Positions 26,234-40,183 are shown, counted from the first letter of the stretch. The stretch is DNA of 64,000 nt from Octopus sinensis (GCF_006345805.1 NC_043005.1:77562001-77626000), one strand, 5' to 3'. Notes: generated by a model from the sequence alone, not told the origin. Made by a program: numbers and translations.

Positions 26234-26777
26234 TATATATAAACATAAATGTATATATTCAACCATATATATATATATCTAAACATATATAGAGGTATGT
26301 ATATATGTGTATGTGTGTATGTTTGTGTGTGTATGCATGTGCATATATATGTGCGTGTGTTATGTTCAAGCATATGTGTACTATGGTATAAGATCGGCAT
26401 GACTGAGCTAAATACAGTACCGATTAGGATTAAGAACTTTCATCGCCAACTGTTTTTAAGGGAGATCTCTATCGACAAATTCAAACGTGCTTGCAAATAC
26501 GCGCACACACATACACATACGCACTCACACACACAAAGTTATGTATGCACATATGGGCGTATGTGTATATAAGTAAGTCTATATGTATATATATTTATTT
26601 ATTTATATTTTTGTTTATAAGTGTATATATGGATATCTATAAATAAAAATATTGTATATTATAAAATATGTGTGTATGTACATATGTATGTGTATACATG
26701 TGTGCGCGCACGCATATATAGTCTAAGTGTATATTTTTATATATACGTATCTATATAAGTATATGTACATATATATA

Positions 26778-26818
<41 letters not shown>

Positions 26819-26953
26819 CTATACGTATGTAGATGTTATATGTATATATACATCTATACGTATGTAGATGTTATATGTATATATGTATATATAGATATAG
26901 ATATATATGTGTGTGTGTATGTATATATGTATGTAAATGTATATATAGGTGTA

Positions 26954-27015
<62 letters not shown>

Positions 27016-27531
27016 GCATTTGCACTCACAAATACGCACGTAGTTCTTCATATATCCAACCATGAAGAAATTGCTGTACAGAACTCTAAAATAAATTCAA
27101 GCAATATGATACAAACTATCAGAAAAGATTATTAAAAGCCAAAACCATTGGCAGTAAATCTTTTATAAATCTTTTATTAAGCAGTATCTTGCTTTCTTTA
27201 AACACTCATATGCCGAAAAGAACTCATCGACAAAGCATATCGCTATATTACCGACTTTAAATGTAAACCTGACATCTTATATGACATACCAGATGTTCAC
27301 AAAAGTAAAGAAATATTTGAAGCATGCAAAGGAACCACAGACATATACATTAAGGCGCCTCTCACCAAATAATTTAAAATTCAGATTTGTAATAGCTGGT
27401 TCACATGCCATCGCAAACACGTACCGAGATAAAAGAAAACTGAAGTTAGCCCAAATCATGCAAAATAAATATTAGTAAAGACCAAACTTCACACATGAAC
27501 GACAGAACCACCAGTAAAAGTACGCGGAATA

Positions 27532-27749
27532 CGAGGGATGTTGAAGAGCTCCTGGCTTAAAGCCAGGGTATTACGAAAGGTCTGGTTGGAGACTCAACCT
27601 TCTGGGTTCTTTTACGGGGATTAGAAAATCTAGACTACTACCAATAAGTGAGTGAATCTGAGAGGGGAATATGTGCAATAAAATCATAATGAACTGATCC
27701 TCCTGTATTTTCTTTTACCCAAAGCCAGGAACTTTTCAACACCCACTCG
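27532..27749. mobile_element. Mariner-type MITE with TA TSD
   Basis: ta-cgagggatgttgaagagctcctggctt ... aagccaggaacttttcaacacccactcg-ta. Confidence 0.85.
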
Positions 27750-27814
27750 TATTTTTGAAACTGTTAGAATGATAGACGGTCTGTTTTAACAGTAGAAAGT
27801 CTTCAAAATTAGAA

Positions 27815-27930
27815 AAATAACTACATATGTGTGTCTGAAAACCAAATTTATGCAAATACACGCTCAGAAAGTGAAGAGAACTACATAGGGCAAACAAGGA
27901 TGTCCTTTACACAACGCAGAACCTGTATAG
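27815..27930 (+). pseudogene. Penelope-like GIY-YIG endonuclease remnant
   Basis: NYICVSENQIYANTRSESEENYIGQTRMS aligns by eye with NFTCASDNIIYVIRCSGCHQNYVG at ~34.2 kb. Confidence 0.65.
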
Positions 27931-27941
27931 ATAAAAAATTA

Positions 27942-28275
27942 GAAGGGGGAGGAGGAGGAATGCGAGGAGGAGGAGGAATGCGAGGAGGAGGAATGCGAGG
28001 TGGAGGAGGAAGAGAAGGCGAGGAAGAAGCAGACGAAGTGGAAGAAGACGAGGAAGAAGGGGAAGAGGAGCTGCAGCAGCAGAAGGATATGGCCACTACT
28101 CTCTTACTACTAGAGAAAAGAAACAAACCACCCTCTCTAAACCAACGGATTTAAGCATTTCCACCTCTACTGATTTAACTCTACTACTGCAACCACTACT
28201 ACTGCTGCTGCTGCTCCTGCTGTTGCTACAACTGCAACTACTGCTACTGCTGCGGCTACTACTACTACCACCATC
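27942..28275. repeat. (GGA)/(GAA)/(CTA)/(CTG) low-complexity repeats
   Basis: Direct. Confidence 0.85.
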
Positions 28276-28679
28276 ATACAACTCACACTGTCGATAACCA
28301 TTCTTAATATGAGCATTGCCAGTAAGGAACAAAAACAGTTATCACTACCAAAAATGTTGATACCGCTATTTGGACCCAGCAGCCATCAGATGGAGACCAA
28401 TAAACAACCTCATATGAATTTGAAAAGAATTTTATGTGAACTTCCAAAAATTAGATCATTAAAGATTAATGTATTTCAATGTTTTTTCTCCTCTCTTCCA
28501 GTATGACTAAATCAGTTTAAATAATAGAAACCGATAGCATCATTTGATAAAAATGTAAATATTTTATCTTGTTAATGATAAAGTTCTCAAACCATTCTTC
28601 TTCTCGTTAATAATATAAAGTTATTAGCGTCACACTTCTTAATATTTACAATATAGGCAAACCGACACGCAGACAAGCA

Positions 28680-28734
28680 GGCAGATGGATAGATAAATAG
28701 ATAGATTGATTGATTGATAAACAGACAGGCAGGC

Positions 28735-28769
<35 letters not shown>

Positions 28770-28773
28770 TAGC

Positions 28774-28854
<81 letters not shown>

Positions 28855-28855
28855 G
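28680..28855. repeat. (GACA)n/(GATA)n microsatellite
   Basis: Direct. Confidence 0.95.
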
Positions 28856-29355
28856 GACATGCGTATATTCTTAATCAATCTTTATCATCGAAAATAATGA
28901 TACTTAAGTTGATTCATTTGATCATTTATTTATATTGTTTATTTTATGAATTTATTTCTTTTGATGATTTCTCTTTGACGTTTTTTTCTTTTGTTTTGTT
29001 TTGTTTTTTTTTGTCGTTGCTGTATTAATTGACGTTATGTCTGTTTCTATAACATCTTTTTAAATCTTTTAATTTTTGCATTTTCTTCGATGTTAATCAA
29101 GACAGATATTCGTACTTACAAAAATAGACAGACACATAGATTCTACCCATATTATATTATATATGCAGATAGTATAATACAATATGTATATGTGTGTGCA
29201 TACGTGTATATATATGTGTGTGTGTGTGCGTGCGTATATGTATATATATATGTGTGTATATATACACATGTATGTGTATGCATAATGTTTATTCATTCAA
29301 TTCATTCATGGATATACATATGCATGCATATATATATGTATATAACTATCTAGCT

Positions 29356-29401
<46 letters not shown>

Positions 29402-29434
29402 TATATATATATTATAAACACATGCATATACATA

Positions 29435-29490
<56 letters not shown>

Positions 29491-29884
29491 ATGCATACAT
29501 ACATATATATATTTAATTTACTTTATATCATGAAATAGATTTTAAAAAAACTAACATACGTTTCGGGCAAATCACCTATCCCGACACACGCATATTCAAA
29601 TTCACTCATACATATACTTACACCTAGACACACTCGCACACACACACACATGTACATACACACAAATACACTCATACGCAAACGCTGGCAGATTCACACA
29701 TGATTACAGTTTATGAGACCACAAATTAACACACCCATAATATATTAACTATATATTTGTGTGTGTGAGTGTGTGTATGTATTAACACACATATTCACAA
29801 TTGCACTATGATACTCATATATATAAATACATGCCTGCGTATCTATGTAATTATATCTTATATGAGGTGTGCACATATGCATAC

Positions 29885-30255
29885 GTGCATACATACATAC
29901 ATAAATACATACATACATACATACATACATACATACATACATTCATTCATTCATACATACATACATACATACATACATACATACATACATTCATACATAC
30001 ATACATACATACTACATTCATACATACATCATACATACATACATACATACATACATACATACAACACACAAAAATACATACATACATACATACATACATC
30101 ATACATACATCATACATACATACATACATACATACATACATACATACATGCATTCATACATACATACATACATACTACATACATCCATACATACATACAT
30201 ACATGCATTCATACATACATACATTCATACATACATACATACATACATACATACA

Positions 30256-30284
<29 letters not shown>
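29885..30284. repeat. (CATA)n microsatellite
   Basis: Direct. Confidence 0.95.
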
Positions 30285-30287
<3 letters not shown>

Positions 30288-30288
<1 letters not shown>

Positions 30289-30627
30289 CTTTGAAAATCA
30301 AAGAAAAGGAGGATATTTATGGACAACTGCTTCGAAACCTCCAGCTTCTGTATATAGACTATGAGTTCATATTCATACCATTAATGATTGGAGCACTATG
30401 TTTTGTTAGTAAATGCTTAAAGGAGAATCTGGATAAACGGGGACTTCCAGAGAGAGAAACTGACCGGCTAATTCGTACATTACAAGTGCAATCTGTGAGT
30501 GGAAGAGTAAAAATATGCAAGACATTTTTCAGGTTCCAAATGTGAATTTTTCTGTGTTAACGACATCTCAAAGATGAAGCCTTGTATCTTTGTTGGAAAC
30601 CGGACCCCTTCTCAGTGGAAGATTTAT

Positions 30628-30632
<5 letters not shown>
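30288..30632 (+). pseudogene. R4/Dong-type RLE non-LTR retrotransposon C-terminus (stop at 30545) plus 3' UTR
   Basis: EKEDIYGQLLRNLQLLY...FIPLMIGALCFV...LQVQSVSGRVKICKTF resembles the RLE C-terminal K..KY..L...IPxxIGALG motif. Confidence 0.75.
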
Positions 30633-30693
<61 letters not shown>

Positions 30694-30697
<4 letters not shown>

Positions 30698-30839
30698 CTG
30701 TATGATAAGTAGCTTGCTTACCACCCACATGGTTCCGGGTTCATTCCCACTACGTGGCACCTTGGGCAAGTGTTTTCTACTATAGCCCAACCAAAGTCTT
30801 GTGAGTGGAGTTGGTAGTCGGAAAGTGAAAAAAGCCCGT

Positions 30840-30877
<38 letters not shown>

Positions 30878-31093
30878 TATGTTTGTGTGTGTATATGTTT
30901 GTGTGTCTGTGTTTATACATCGCTTGACAACCGATGGTGGTGTGTTTGCGTTCCCGTAACATAGCGGTTCGGCAAAAGAGACCGATAGAATAAGTTCTAG
31001 ACTTACAAAGAATAAGCCCTCGGGTCGATCGTCTCGACTAAAGGCGGTGCTCCAGCATGGCCGCATTCAAATGACTGAAACAAGTAAAAGAAT
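30694..31093 (+). mobile_element. SINE family A
   Basis: Near-consensus copy. Confidence 0.88.
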
Positions 31094-31167
31094 AATATAT
31101 ATACATATATATATATACGTATATATATACATATATATATATATATCATATATATATATATATATAT

Positions 31168-31229
<62 letters not shown>

Positions 31230-31237
31230 ACTATATA

Positions 31238-31328
<91 letters not shown>

Positions 31329-31974
31329 TAAATCCATATATATATATATAATATATATACAAAATACACAAATTCCGAAAGAGGGTCATTCGCAAGCATG
31401 CAACACGAAGCGAGAGAGAGAGAGACGTACATAAATAAATGCAAGCCACATATAATAATTAGCTTCGATTATTTTTCCATGTTATGTTAAGGAGTTATTT
31501 GATAATTAAGGCTGTCAAAGGAAAAATAGAGAGTAGACAATTAACTATAAGAGAAGTAAATTGAATGTGAGTGGAATAATGAGGCGTTTATCGCTTCACT
31601 GTTGTAACAAACGAGTAAGATAATTTAGATGAAAGCGGATTGGGTTAAGATGAAACAAGTGACAGGAATCGTTACTGTTGTATTTTCATTTGCAGACAAT
31701 ACAGTGCTACAAAAGTTAGTATGGTTTAAACAGGATAATATGGCACAACACACTAGAATGTCATGCCAATAGCAACAAATTTCTTCGAACTATTTCATTA
31801 TTTGCTTTCTCTTATTTCAACAGGGGAATCTTTTTCCCGAAATATTATAGGTTCATTAAATAATATATTTGAAATAGAACAGTAGTTTGCATTTATTGAT
31901 ATCACCTTACAGATTTTGCTTAAGAGGTAACCTGCATTTCTCAAAGTATTTTGTAATTATTTACCTCATGAGGT

Positions 31975-31975
<1 letters not shown>

Positions 31976-32072
<97 letters not shown>
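31976..32072. repeat. (GATA)n microsatellite
   Basis: Direct. Confidence 0.95.
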
Positions 32073-32073
<1 letters not shown>

Positions 32074-32167
32074 TAGTGAACTACAAGGTTGTAGTAAAAA
32101 ATACAATAAAAGCAATATCAATTTTCCTTTTGAAAAGCATTTCATATGTCACGGTAGTGTGTTTATA

Positions 32168-32247
<80 letters not shown>

Positions 32248-32249
<2 letters not shown>

Positions 32250-32731
32250 AAGTAAGTTAGGGGTTGTGGATCCAACCCACTTAGGGATAATATTTATCCA
32301 ATATACCGTTGGTATACTACCCAAATTATTAATACACAAGTGTTTTTAATTGCAATGCAATTTACCTACTTATTGTATTAAATGGGTGAAGGTAAAGAAA
32401 TATTTTACCATTAATTTATAATACAAATAAGAAAATGGAGAAACAATTTAGTTGGTTCATCAGCTTTAGTACATTAGAATGTTGACTTATTTATTTATAT
32501 AACATAAACAAGGACCTTAATAACATACATATATACATTATAATTCAATAAATGATTTCAATAATTTATATTATGATATTTATAACAGTATTCTTATCTT
32601 ATATGTATTGAATTATAATGTATATATGTATGTTATTAAGGCTGTTTTGGTTAACTGAATAAATAATTCAACATCCTAATATCCGAAAGCTGATGAACCA
32701 ACTAAATTGCTTCTCCGTTTTCTTATTTGTA
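32248..32731. mobile_element. Imperfect foldback element between (TA)n arrays
   Basis: Arms 32422-32467/32686-32731 and ~32515-32550/32606-32641; CTGATGA at 32690-32696. Confidence 0.7.
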
Positions 32732-32754
32732 ATATATATATATATATATATATT

Positions 32755-33175
32755 AAGGTATGTAGAAAAATACAACATGGACAAGAACGTATAACTCTTA
32801 GAAGACGACACAATAACATGGACAGGACATTCGAACCCCTCAGTCTTCAGTCAAGAACCGGATCATCGTAGTAATTTCGGCTGATTAATCTTGAGATTAC
32901 TAGATCACGGCCAGCCCTCCAAGAAAAACTAAGCAACGAGCATTAGAAAAACTAAGCTGGAAGCGTAGATTTCCTGGAAGAGGATCGAATGCATACGAAC
33001 ACCAGGACAGCAAAAGGGACAGATATAAAAAAACAAAAACAATAATGGAATACAGAGACATGAAATACAGAAGCATTAACGGTGAAAACAACAAGTGTCT
33101 TACGACTGATAACAAGCAACAAATTTTTTCTGGCGCATTGGAAGAAGCCTTTATAGCGGCGGACGAAAAACACCA
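32755..33175 (-). mobile_element. Repeat related to 4140-4455 (Penelope-like terminal repeat?)
   Basis: Shared aatttcggctg..ttgagatt..ggccagccc..aaaaactaagc..gagcattag. Confidence 0.6.
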
Positions 33176-33197
33176 TATATATATATATATATATATG

Positions 33198-33381
33198 TAG
33201 GTCCCGGGTTGATTCGGGGTTAACCACAGTAAATAAGGTACTCATACATAGCAGAGTAAAATTAATTTATTATATAGAAGGAGCTTCTGCAGGACTAGAA
33301 CTGTTTCATTCAAGAGAAATCATCAGGAAGCTTCCTGATGATTTCTCTTGAATGAAACAGTTCTAGTCCTGTAGAAGCTCC

Positions 33382-33390
<9 letters not shown>
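33198..33390. mobile_element. Foldback element: 120-bp near-perfect palindrome (33271-33390) plus a unique tail
   Basis: Centre ggaag|cttcc; one mismatch; flanked by (TA)n. Confidence 0.88.
33329..33379 (+). ncRNA. Type I hammerhead ribozyme motif
   Basis: agcttc-CTGATGA(33335-41)-t ttc tctt gaa t-GAAA(33354-57)-cag ttctagtc ctg-TA-gaagct; the mirror copy on the minus strand has GCA at the cleavage site. Confidence 0.72.
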
Positions 33391-33435
<45 letters not shown>

Positions 33436-33881
33436 GCAGCATTAGCAATTCATATTCCTCAGAAAGTTAACTATAGTTACATATATATATATATATATAT
33501 ACATGCATACATACATACATAGTAAAAGAATAAAAAATATATATATATATATTGTATATGTATGTATATACCACACACACACACATCTCTTAGAGATAAG
33601 ACAACAGAAACAATGTAAATATTCTTGTGTTCCATTATTGATGCGATTATGTTAAAGCAGTTGTGGTATCCTTTATATCTGAAATCTATGCGGTCATCTG
33701 ACGAGAACAGTTTCTTTTAAATGATGTCATATATTCATTAATCAGTTAAAGGAGTTGCTTGTAACCAGCCGTGTTGAATTGATACCTGCTCATCTTCGTT
33801 ACCCACTGATATATATATATATATATATTTCAACTCATAGAGGATGGGATCAGACGTGCAATAGAAATCTACATAGAAACT

Positions 33882-34454
33882 TTGAGAAAAGTTCAACACA
33901 ACAACACACCTTCCCCGAAAATACTGCCTTACATATCGACATACAACCCCAGAAACAAAGAAGCCTTCACCATCATCACAAAGAATTTACCAATACTTCA
34001 TAAGGACCCCAAATTAAAGGAAATTCTAAACATACATAAAATCATTCAAAGCTACAAACAACCTAAATCACTTAAAAAGATTCTCACAAAGGCAAAATTG
34101 TTTTCTGAAATTACGGATGCAAAAGTTAAAAAATGTGGTAGACCAAACTGCGCAACATGCCCAAACCTTCTAGAAGGATCAGAATTCCTTTTCAAAGAGG
34201 GACAAAAATTCAAGATCAGATCTAATTTTACTTGTGCTTCTGATAACATAATTTATGTCATAAGGTGCTCGGGCTGCCACCAAAACTACGTGGGGTCCGC
34301 GGGATTATCACTCAGACGTAGATGCACTCTGCATCGACAACAGATTGCATTCCCAGAATACAGAAGGATACTCTTTAGTGAGCATATTGAGAAACTACTA
34401 CCACAATTTTTAATCTTTCCATTCTATCAATGTGCTATTGATAGAAAAATATAA
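33882..34454 (+). pseudogene. Penelope-like element C-terminal ORF fragment: Cys-rich linker plus GIY-YIG endonuclease
   Basis: PYISTYNP, YKQPKSLKKIL, CGRPNCATC, FTCASDNIIYVIRCSGCHQNYVG..R..H; 5'-truncated at (TA)n. Confidence 0.9.
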
Positions 34455-35354
34455 GCCTGAACTTAACCATTCTAACATTCTTATACAGAGAAACTCATCC
34501 CATTAAATAAGGGAAAAAGAAATATAAAGCGATTATCTCCCTTATACCGGAAGAAATCGCTTATTACCTCCCCCTGTCTGGAACTCTTCTTTGAACTGCA
34601 TAACGAAGACATGATACGATGTAGGTAAAGACATTTGAGAAATTTGAAAAGTTAACACGAAACCCGTCATTTCTTCAAAAACTATGTTACTATGTGAAAA
34701 ATTTTATAACATTCTTCTAACATAACGACTTAAATATATTCTTTAACCTTATAAAACATGCCTTCTGTAGTTTTTTCACTCTTTTCACGCATATATTAAT
34801 GCACCTTTTCAGACATGTTATTAATGGAAATGGGGCAATAAGCCGTTTGTCATTGATCGTTAAGCCTCTTAGAAATAGCAGCCGAATTCCCTTCAGACGA
34901 AGCATTCACAGGGATCCTGAATCATTTATAACTGAAGATACGATTTAGCCCTGGCTGTAAATATTATGATCATAAACAACGTAAACAACAATAAATCGGT
35001 CTTTCACCGCTTACGATGATGATCATTTCCATTGCTTAATCATTTGAATTACATTCTCGTTGTATTACAATAAAATGAGTGAGAATCCCACATAGACAGT
35101 GTAGTCTTGATGTAATCACAAGGAATTAATCAGCGTTATATTAGACTGTTTGCTGGCAAACTGTTTCTTTCTACTACAGCTATAGTCCATTCGATAGGCT
35201 TCCGCGCAGTTTCTGCCAAGCCAGTATTTCTTAGACGGCTTGGGTCGACTCGAGGTTATGGAAGGCCATACCTTTCTGTGTACCTTAAGGTAGATTCAAA
35301 CCCGAGATCTTTGGAGCGCAAAGCAATCTTGTTAAAGATTCGGCTATGTCTGCA

Positions 35355-35776
35355 TCCACACACACACAAACACATACTCGCACACACACGCATACACACG
35401 CGCACACGCACACACTCACACAAACAGATACACCTGCACTCATGCATACATGCACTTATATACATATATACGTTAGATACACATATATACATACGCACAT
35501 AAATATATAAATGCGCACACATACATGCATCCATACATGCACACATACATATGTATATACATAGACATATACAATCATACAACGTACATATATGCATACA
35601 CACACACCTACATACATGCATACACACATGGACACACACATAGCTACCTACATGCAAGCATACATACACACACACACACAGATCTACATATATATATATC
35701 TATACATATGCACCTACATACATTTATACATACATACATGCATACATATATACATACATATACACACACACAGATC

Positions 35777-35814
<38 letters not shown>

Positions 35815-36016
35815 CACACGCACTTGCATCCATACACGCTTACTTACATACATATACACACACAGAGATATACATATATATATACATACACATGCACTTG
35901 CATGCATACACGCTTACTTAAATACATATACACACACACAGATAAACATATATATATATATATATATATACGCTCCTGCATACATACATACATACATACA
36001 TACATACATACATACA

Positions 36017-36050
<34 letters not shown>

Positions 36051-36210
36051 CATACATACAAATGTACGTATATAATTACATACATACTTGTAATCACATA
36101 CGGATTATAAAAATAGACATTCATACATACATACATACATACTTATATACAAACATACGTATATACGTACATACGTACTTATAATCACATACGGATTATA
36201 CAAATAGACA
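35355..36210. repeat. Compound (CA)n/(CATA)n/(TA)n microsatellite
   Basis: Direct. Confidence 0.92.
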
Positions 36211-36323
36211 TTCTTTGAGCAGAAAAAAATATATATTAAATGTTTTAATCGTGTAATTCTGATTTCAATTTGTTGTATTATTATTTATTTATGTTGTTAC
36301 TGTTGTTCTCATCATCATTAAAA

Positions 36324-36535
36324 AGACAGCGAAGCTGGTAGAATCGTTGTACGCCGGGTAAAATGCTTGGCAGCATTTCGTCCGTCTTTACGTTCTGAGT
36401 TCAAATTCCGCCGAGGTTGACTTTGCCTTTCATCCTTCTGTGGTCGATAAAAATAAGGACCAATTGAGTACTGGGATCGATGTAATCGACTTATCCCTAC
36501 CTACGAAGTTGCTGGCCTTGTCCCAAAATTTGAAA
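36324..36535 (+). mobile_element. SINE family B
   Basis: Similarity to the B consensus. Confidence 0.8.
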
Positions 36536-37092
36536 TCGTCATTATTATTTTTATCATCCCCATCACCATCATCGTCATCATCATCATCGTCGTCATTACT
36601 TTTCCCTTTGCTTTCCGTCAAAATCAACATTCTTAGTTTCTTTACTGGGAATAAAATCGGATTACCTAAGTCCAAATCAATTTGTTTTGCTTTAGTTTTG
36701 TTTCTGGCTTTTTCTTTTGGTTTTTGATTTTTTTTTAAGCCTGCAAATTCAGACGATGTCCAATACTCCCAGATGTTTGTTAAGTCTGACTGTAATCTGA
36801 CACATTTTGTTTAGGCTACTCTTGAAGTGATCGCTTTCGGCTGAATTCGAACTGTATAAAGATACAACATCGATTTTCCTTTGATTCCGAGTTCTTTATG
36901 AATTACTGATTTTTCCGAAGTAGGGATGGTCATATCTGTACAATTTACAAATACTGTATTATGCAAGGTACTACAAAACAAGGCTGCCCAGTAAACTTGT
37001 CTGGAGGTTGCAGAATTTGAAGTTCCCACTCGTAGATTAGTGCAAATTAGGAGAAGTTCCGGACTTTTAGTGTCCGAAACGTCAGTGTTGTA

Positions 37093-37397
37093 ATTGTTAT
37101 TTGTTCCTTCTCAAGCCATGCTTGGCTCATAGGGCCAGTTTCCCAGTTTCCTTGGCATATAGGTTCCCCACCTGGACGGGACGCTGGTCCGTCGCAGGTG
37201 AGCTGCAAGATGTAGGAGGAAAGAGTGAGCGAAAGTTGTGGCGAAAGATTCAGCAGAAGTTCGCCATTACCTTCTGCCGGAGCTGCGTTGAGCTTAGGTG
37301 TTTCGCTCATAAACACAGACATCGCCCGGTCTGAGATTCGAACCCGCGATCCCTCGACCGCGAGTCCGCTGCTCTAACCACTAGGCCATGTGCCTCC
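37093..37397 (-). mobile_element. SINE with a D-type tRNA head and a C-type tail
   Basis: Head ggaggcacatggcctagtggttagagc...ggttcgaatc; tail shared with 37965-38060. Confidence 0.8.
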
Positions 37398-37964
37398 CAG
37401 TGTTGTAATGGTATGACAAATTTTACTCTTTCTACAACTGCACTGTCACATGAATACGCATATCCCTGTGTGTCTCTCTGTGTATGCGCTTCAGTGACTT
37501 GGTGTGCTGGGGGTTATGTAACATCAGCACTATCGCAGACGTGGGAGCTATAGCCTATTGTGATGTTTCACCTGAGATTCGTTAAGGGTCGGTAGTATTT
37601 GATGGATGGAACAACTGTGACTAGAATCGGAAAGCTAAATAGTTATGATGCTATCTTTGCTCTGTTGAGGATGTGCAATCTTCAATATAGATCCAGTGTC
37701 ACAAATGCAGTGAGCTGGTTGAACGGTTAGTACAATGGAAAAATGTCTTACAGTATTTCTACTGGTTTTGCAGGTTTTTAGTTCAAATCCCGTCGCCGAG
37801 GTCAGCTTTCTCTTCTTTTCTTCTGCAATCGAAATACAGAGTACCAGACAAGTAATGAGGTTGACATGAAAGACTAAGCCATCCCCTCAGAATTGCTAGC
37901 CTTCTACCTAAATCTGAAACAATTATCATTTGAGCATGTTGACGTTTATTTTGTTTTAAAAAAT

Positions 37965-38200
37965 GCTCCTTCTCGAGCCATGCCAGGCTCATAAGGGCCG
38001 GTTTCCCGGTTTCAGAGGCGTAGAAATTCCCCACCTGGACGGGACGCCGGTCCGTCGCAGGATTACTCATTTTTGCCAGCTGAGTGGACTGGAGCAACGT
38101 GAAAATGCAGTGTTTTGCTCAAGAACACAACGTATCGCCCGGTCCAGGAATCGAAACCACAACCTTACGATCAACACCCTAACCACTAAGCCACGCGCCT
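37965..38200 (-). mobile_element. SINE family C
   Basis: Reverse complement of the 16540 head and tail. Confidence 0.85.
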
Positions 38201-38657
38201 GCACTTGTTTTGGTAAGGTTTTCATAAGTTACCATTTTGGGTTGTTTTTTAGGGGTTTTTTTTATTCACTATTCTTATCATTTACAATACATACATTTAG
38301 TTTAAAAGCTTCTGGTGTGTTAGTCAGTGAAAGTAAGAAATTAAAACTGATGTCTTGTAACAAAAGTGGAGACCAATTTTCATCGTGAAAGGAAGTGTAA
38401 ATAATTGAATCGATACCAGCACATCACAGGTGCTTATTGTATTGTCGACAAAAGGATGGAAATCTAAATTAACCCTAGCAAGATTTGAAATCACAAAACA
38501 GCTCAGTAGTATCTCTGAAGTTACAATAAAATTATCACTGTAAAATATCCATTTCAGCGTTCAGCTTACCTCAGCTGTTTCAAAAATAAAGCCATAAAAG
38601 AAATTAGATTCAAAAGGAGCCTGTTTCTTTCTTGTTATTCTAATCTTGGGAAAGTAA

Positions 38658-39000
38658 TGCCAAAGCAGAAAGTGGAAAGCAGTATGTAATCCCATTGAAG
38701 TGGGATGCAGAGGGTTTGCAGGCTGGTCCCTATGCAGAATTTACAACCAACTTGACATCACAGGGACCAATAGGCAGAGAGCCATCAGGCTGGTTGTGGA
38801 GGCAGCAGAGGCTGCCTCAATGTGGATGTGGATCAGGTGGGATGAAGCATGGAATGGGGCACTACTACGAGGGAGTAATGCTAACTGGACATAAACTACG
38901 GTTCCATTACCTGGGTAAGGATGTCTGATGTTGAAAGACCCGAAACATCTAATGACCCCAAACAGCAAAATTGATGATCAGTCCAAGTGCATCCCAGGAC
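38658..39000 (+). pseudogene. HERO-type RLE non-LTR retrotransposon 3' end (stop at 38894) plus UTR
   Basis: KWKAVCNPIEVGCRGFAGWSLCRIY..LDITG..RQRAIRLVVEAAEAASMWMWIR. Confidence 0.82.
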
Positions 39001-39062
39001 GACTTGCTGTATTTTCTAGTATACAAATCTGCGTACTATATAGTGTAAACATATAGTGTAAA

Positions 39063-39470
39063 CTAGTACTATGACCCGGCGTTGCCGGATCTAGTGCTAG
39101 TGCTTGTTGTTCGTTGCCGTGTCGCAGTAAAAATTTCTCACTATATCAAGAGCTTAGTTTCCTATCACATTTCAACCCGGGCCAGTTTTATTGTTTATGA
39201 GCTAGCTGGAGCTTTTTATGAGAGTAATTAATATTCACTAGACTTCGGCAATGCCCATATGCCCAAACTAATGGGCATAAGGGGTCGGTTTATCTATTTT
39301 TTAATGACTTTCTGGGGTGACTGGGGAAATGAAAAGATCTTCACGACCAACCTCAGACAGTTTTGAAAGCCCATAGAAAATGCAAGCCTTTTACATGAAA
39401 AATTGTGGATTTGTATAAAGGACACACAGACACACAGATACATAGACATTTTGCCGTTTATAGATATAGA
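39063..39470 (-). mobile_element. Non-autonomous Helitron (~400 bp)
   Basis: Minus strand begins TCtatatctataa and ends with hairpin ccggc-aac-gccgg followed by CTAG|T. Confidence 0.75.
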
Positions 39471-40183
39471 GCTATTCAAACATTGTTACTATTTTTCAAA
39501 TCCTGCTGCATTCCACAAGGAAGTCTTTGTCCTCCAAAGTCGTTTGGAAGTACGAGTAGACCTATCTTTTTTGGCTGTGAATTTTGGTTTGAAAAATTCG
39601 ACGTGTAAACCGGCAAATACGGTATGAAAAAAAAACAAGCTTTTGTTGTTTTGTCTTTTATTCAACAAATAAAATATCGGAAAAATAAAAATATTTCTAA
39701 GTTTTCGTTCTCCTCAGTAATTGCGTATGATAAAGTAATATTGCTTTCCAAATAGAAAACACTTCAGGCAAGTAGTTTAGTTATCATTATTGGCATTATA
39801 ATCTCCATCTGAGAAACAGGAAACGCTGAGAAATTCAGGAAAAAAATGAGAAAATGTATATAAATTCTGAATAAAAATTATGTTTCAGAAGAGTTTTGTA
39901 ATTTCAGAATATCTTAGTATTTTCAAATTTCTTCCTCTATTGAAAGTATAACTTTACTAAAAGAAATTGCTTTGGAATTCTACTTAACTGCCAGCTAAAT
40001 ATAGTTTGTTAGAACATAATGTGGATATAGAGAAGCAGAGAGAAATCACTTATAACGCAGTCAGGCTGCTATCAAATTCGTCTGCAGAAATAAGTTTGGT
40101 AGATTCGATCCAGTAAAAGTAAAAGACTTTCACAAAAATGGGTAAATGAAGATAATGGTGAGTGTATTCACTCTTAGCGTGTT

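Noticed and set aside
27831-28154. RGG/acidic ORF resembling an RNA-binding protein
   Set aside because: It is a GIY-YIG remnant fused to GGA/GAA simple repeats.
31696-31714. Possible micro-exon (tttgcag...gttagt); a similar 5-nt candidate lies on the minus strand near 38569-38573
   Set aside because: Splice-like motifs are expected by chance; there is no supporting coding context or transcript evidence.
32828-32925. CTGAAGA...GAA and ccagccGAAA motifs in the 4140/5870/32755 family
   Set aside because: I could not build a consistent three-stem hammerhead across the three copies.
38920-38950. gatgtCTGATGttgaaagacccGAAAcatc in the HERO 3' UTR as a hammerhead
   Set aside because: A9 is missing and there is no room for the required stems.
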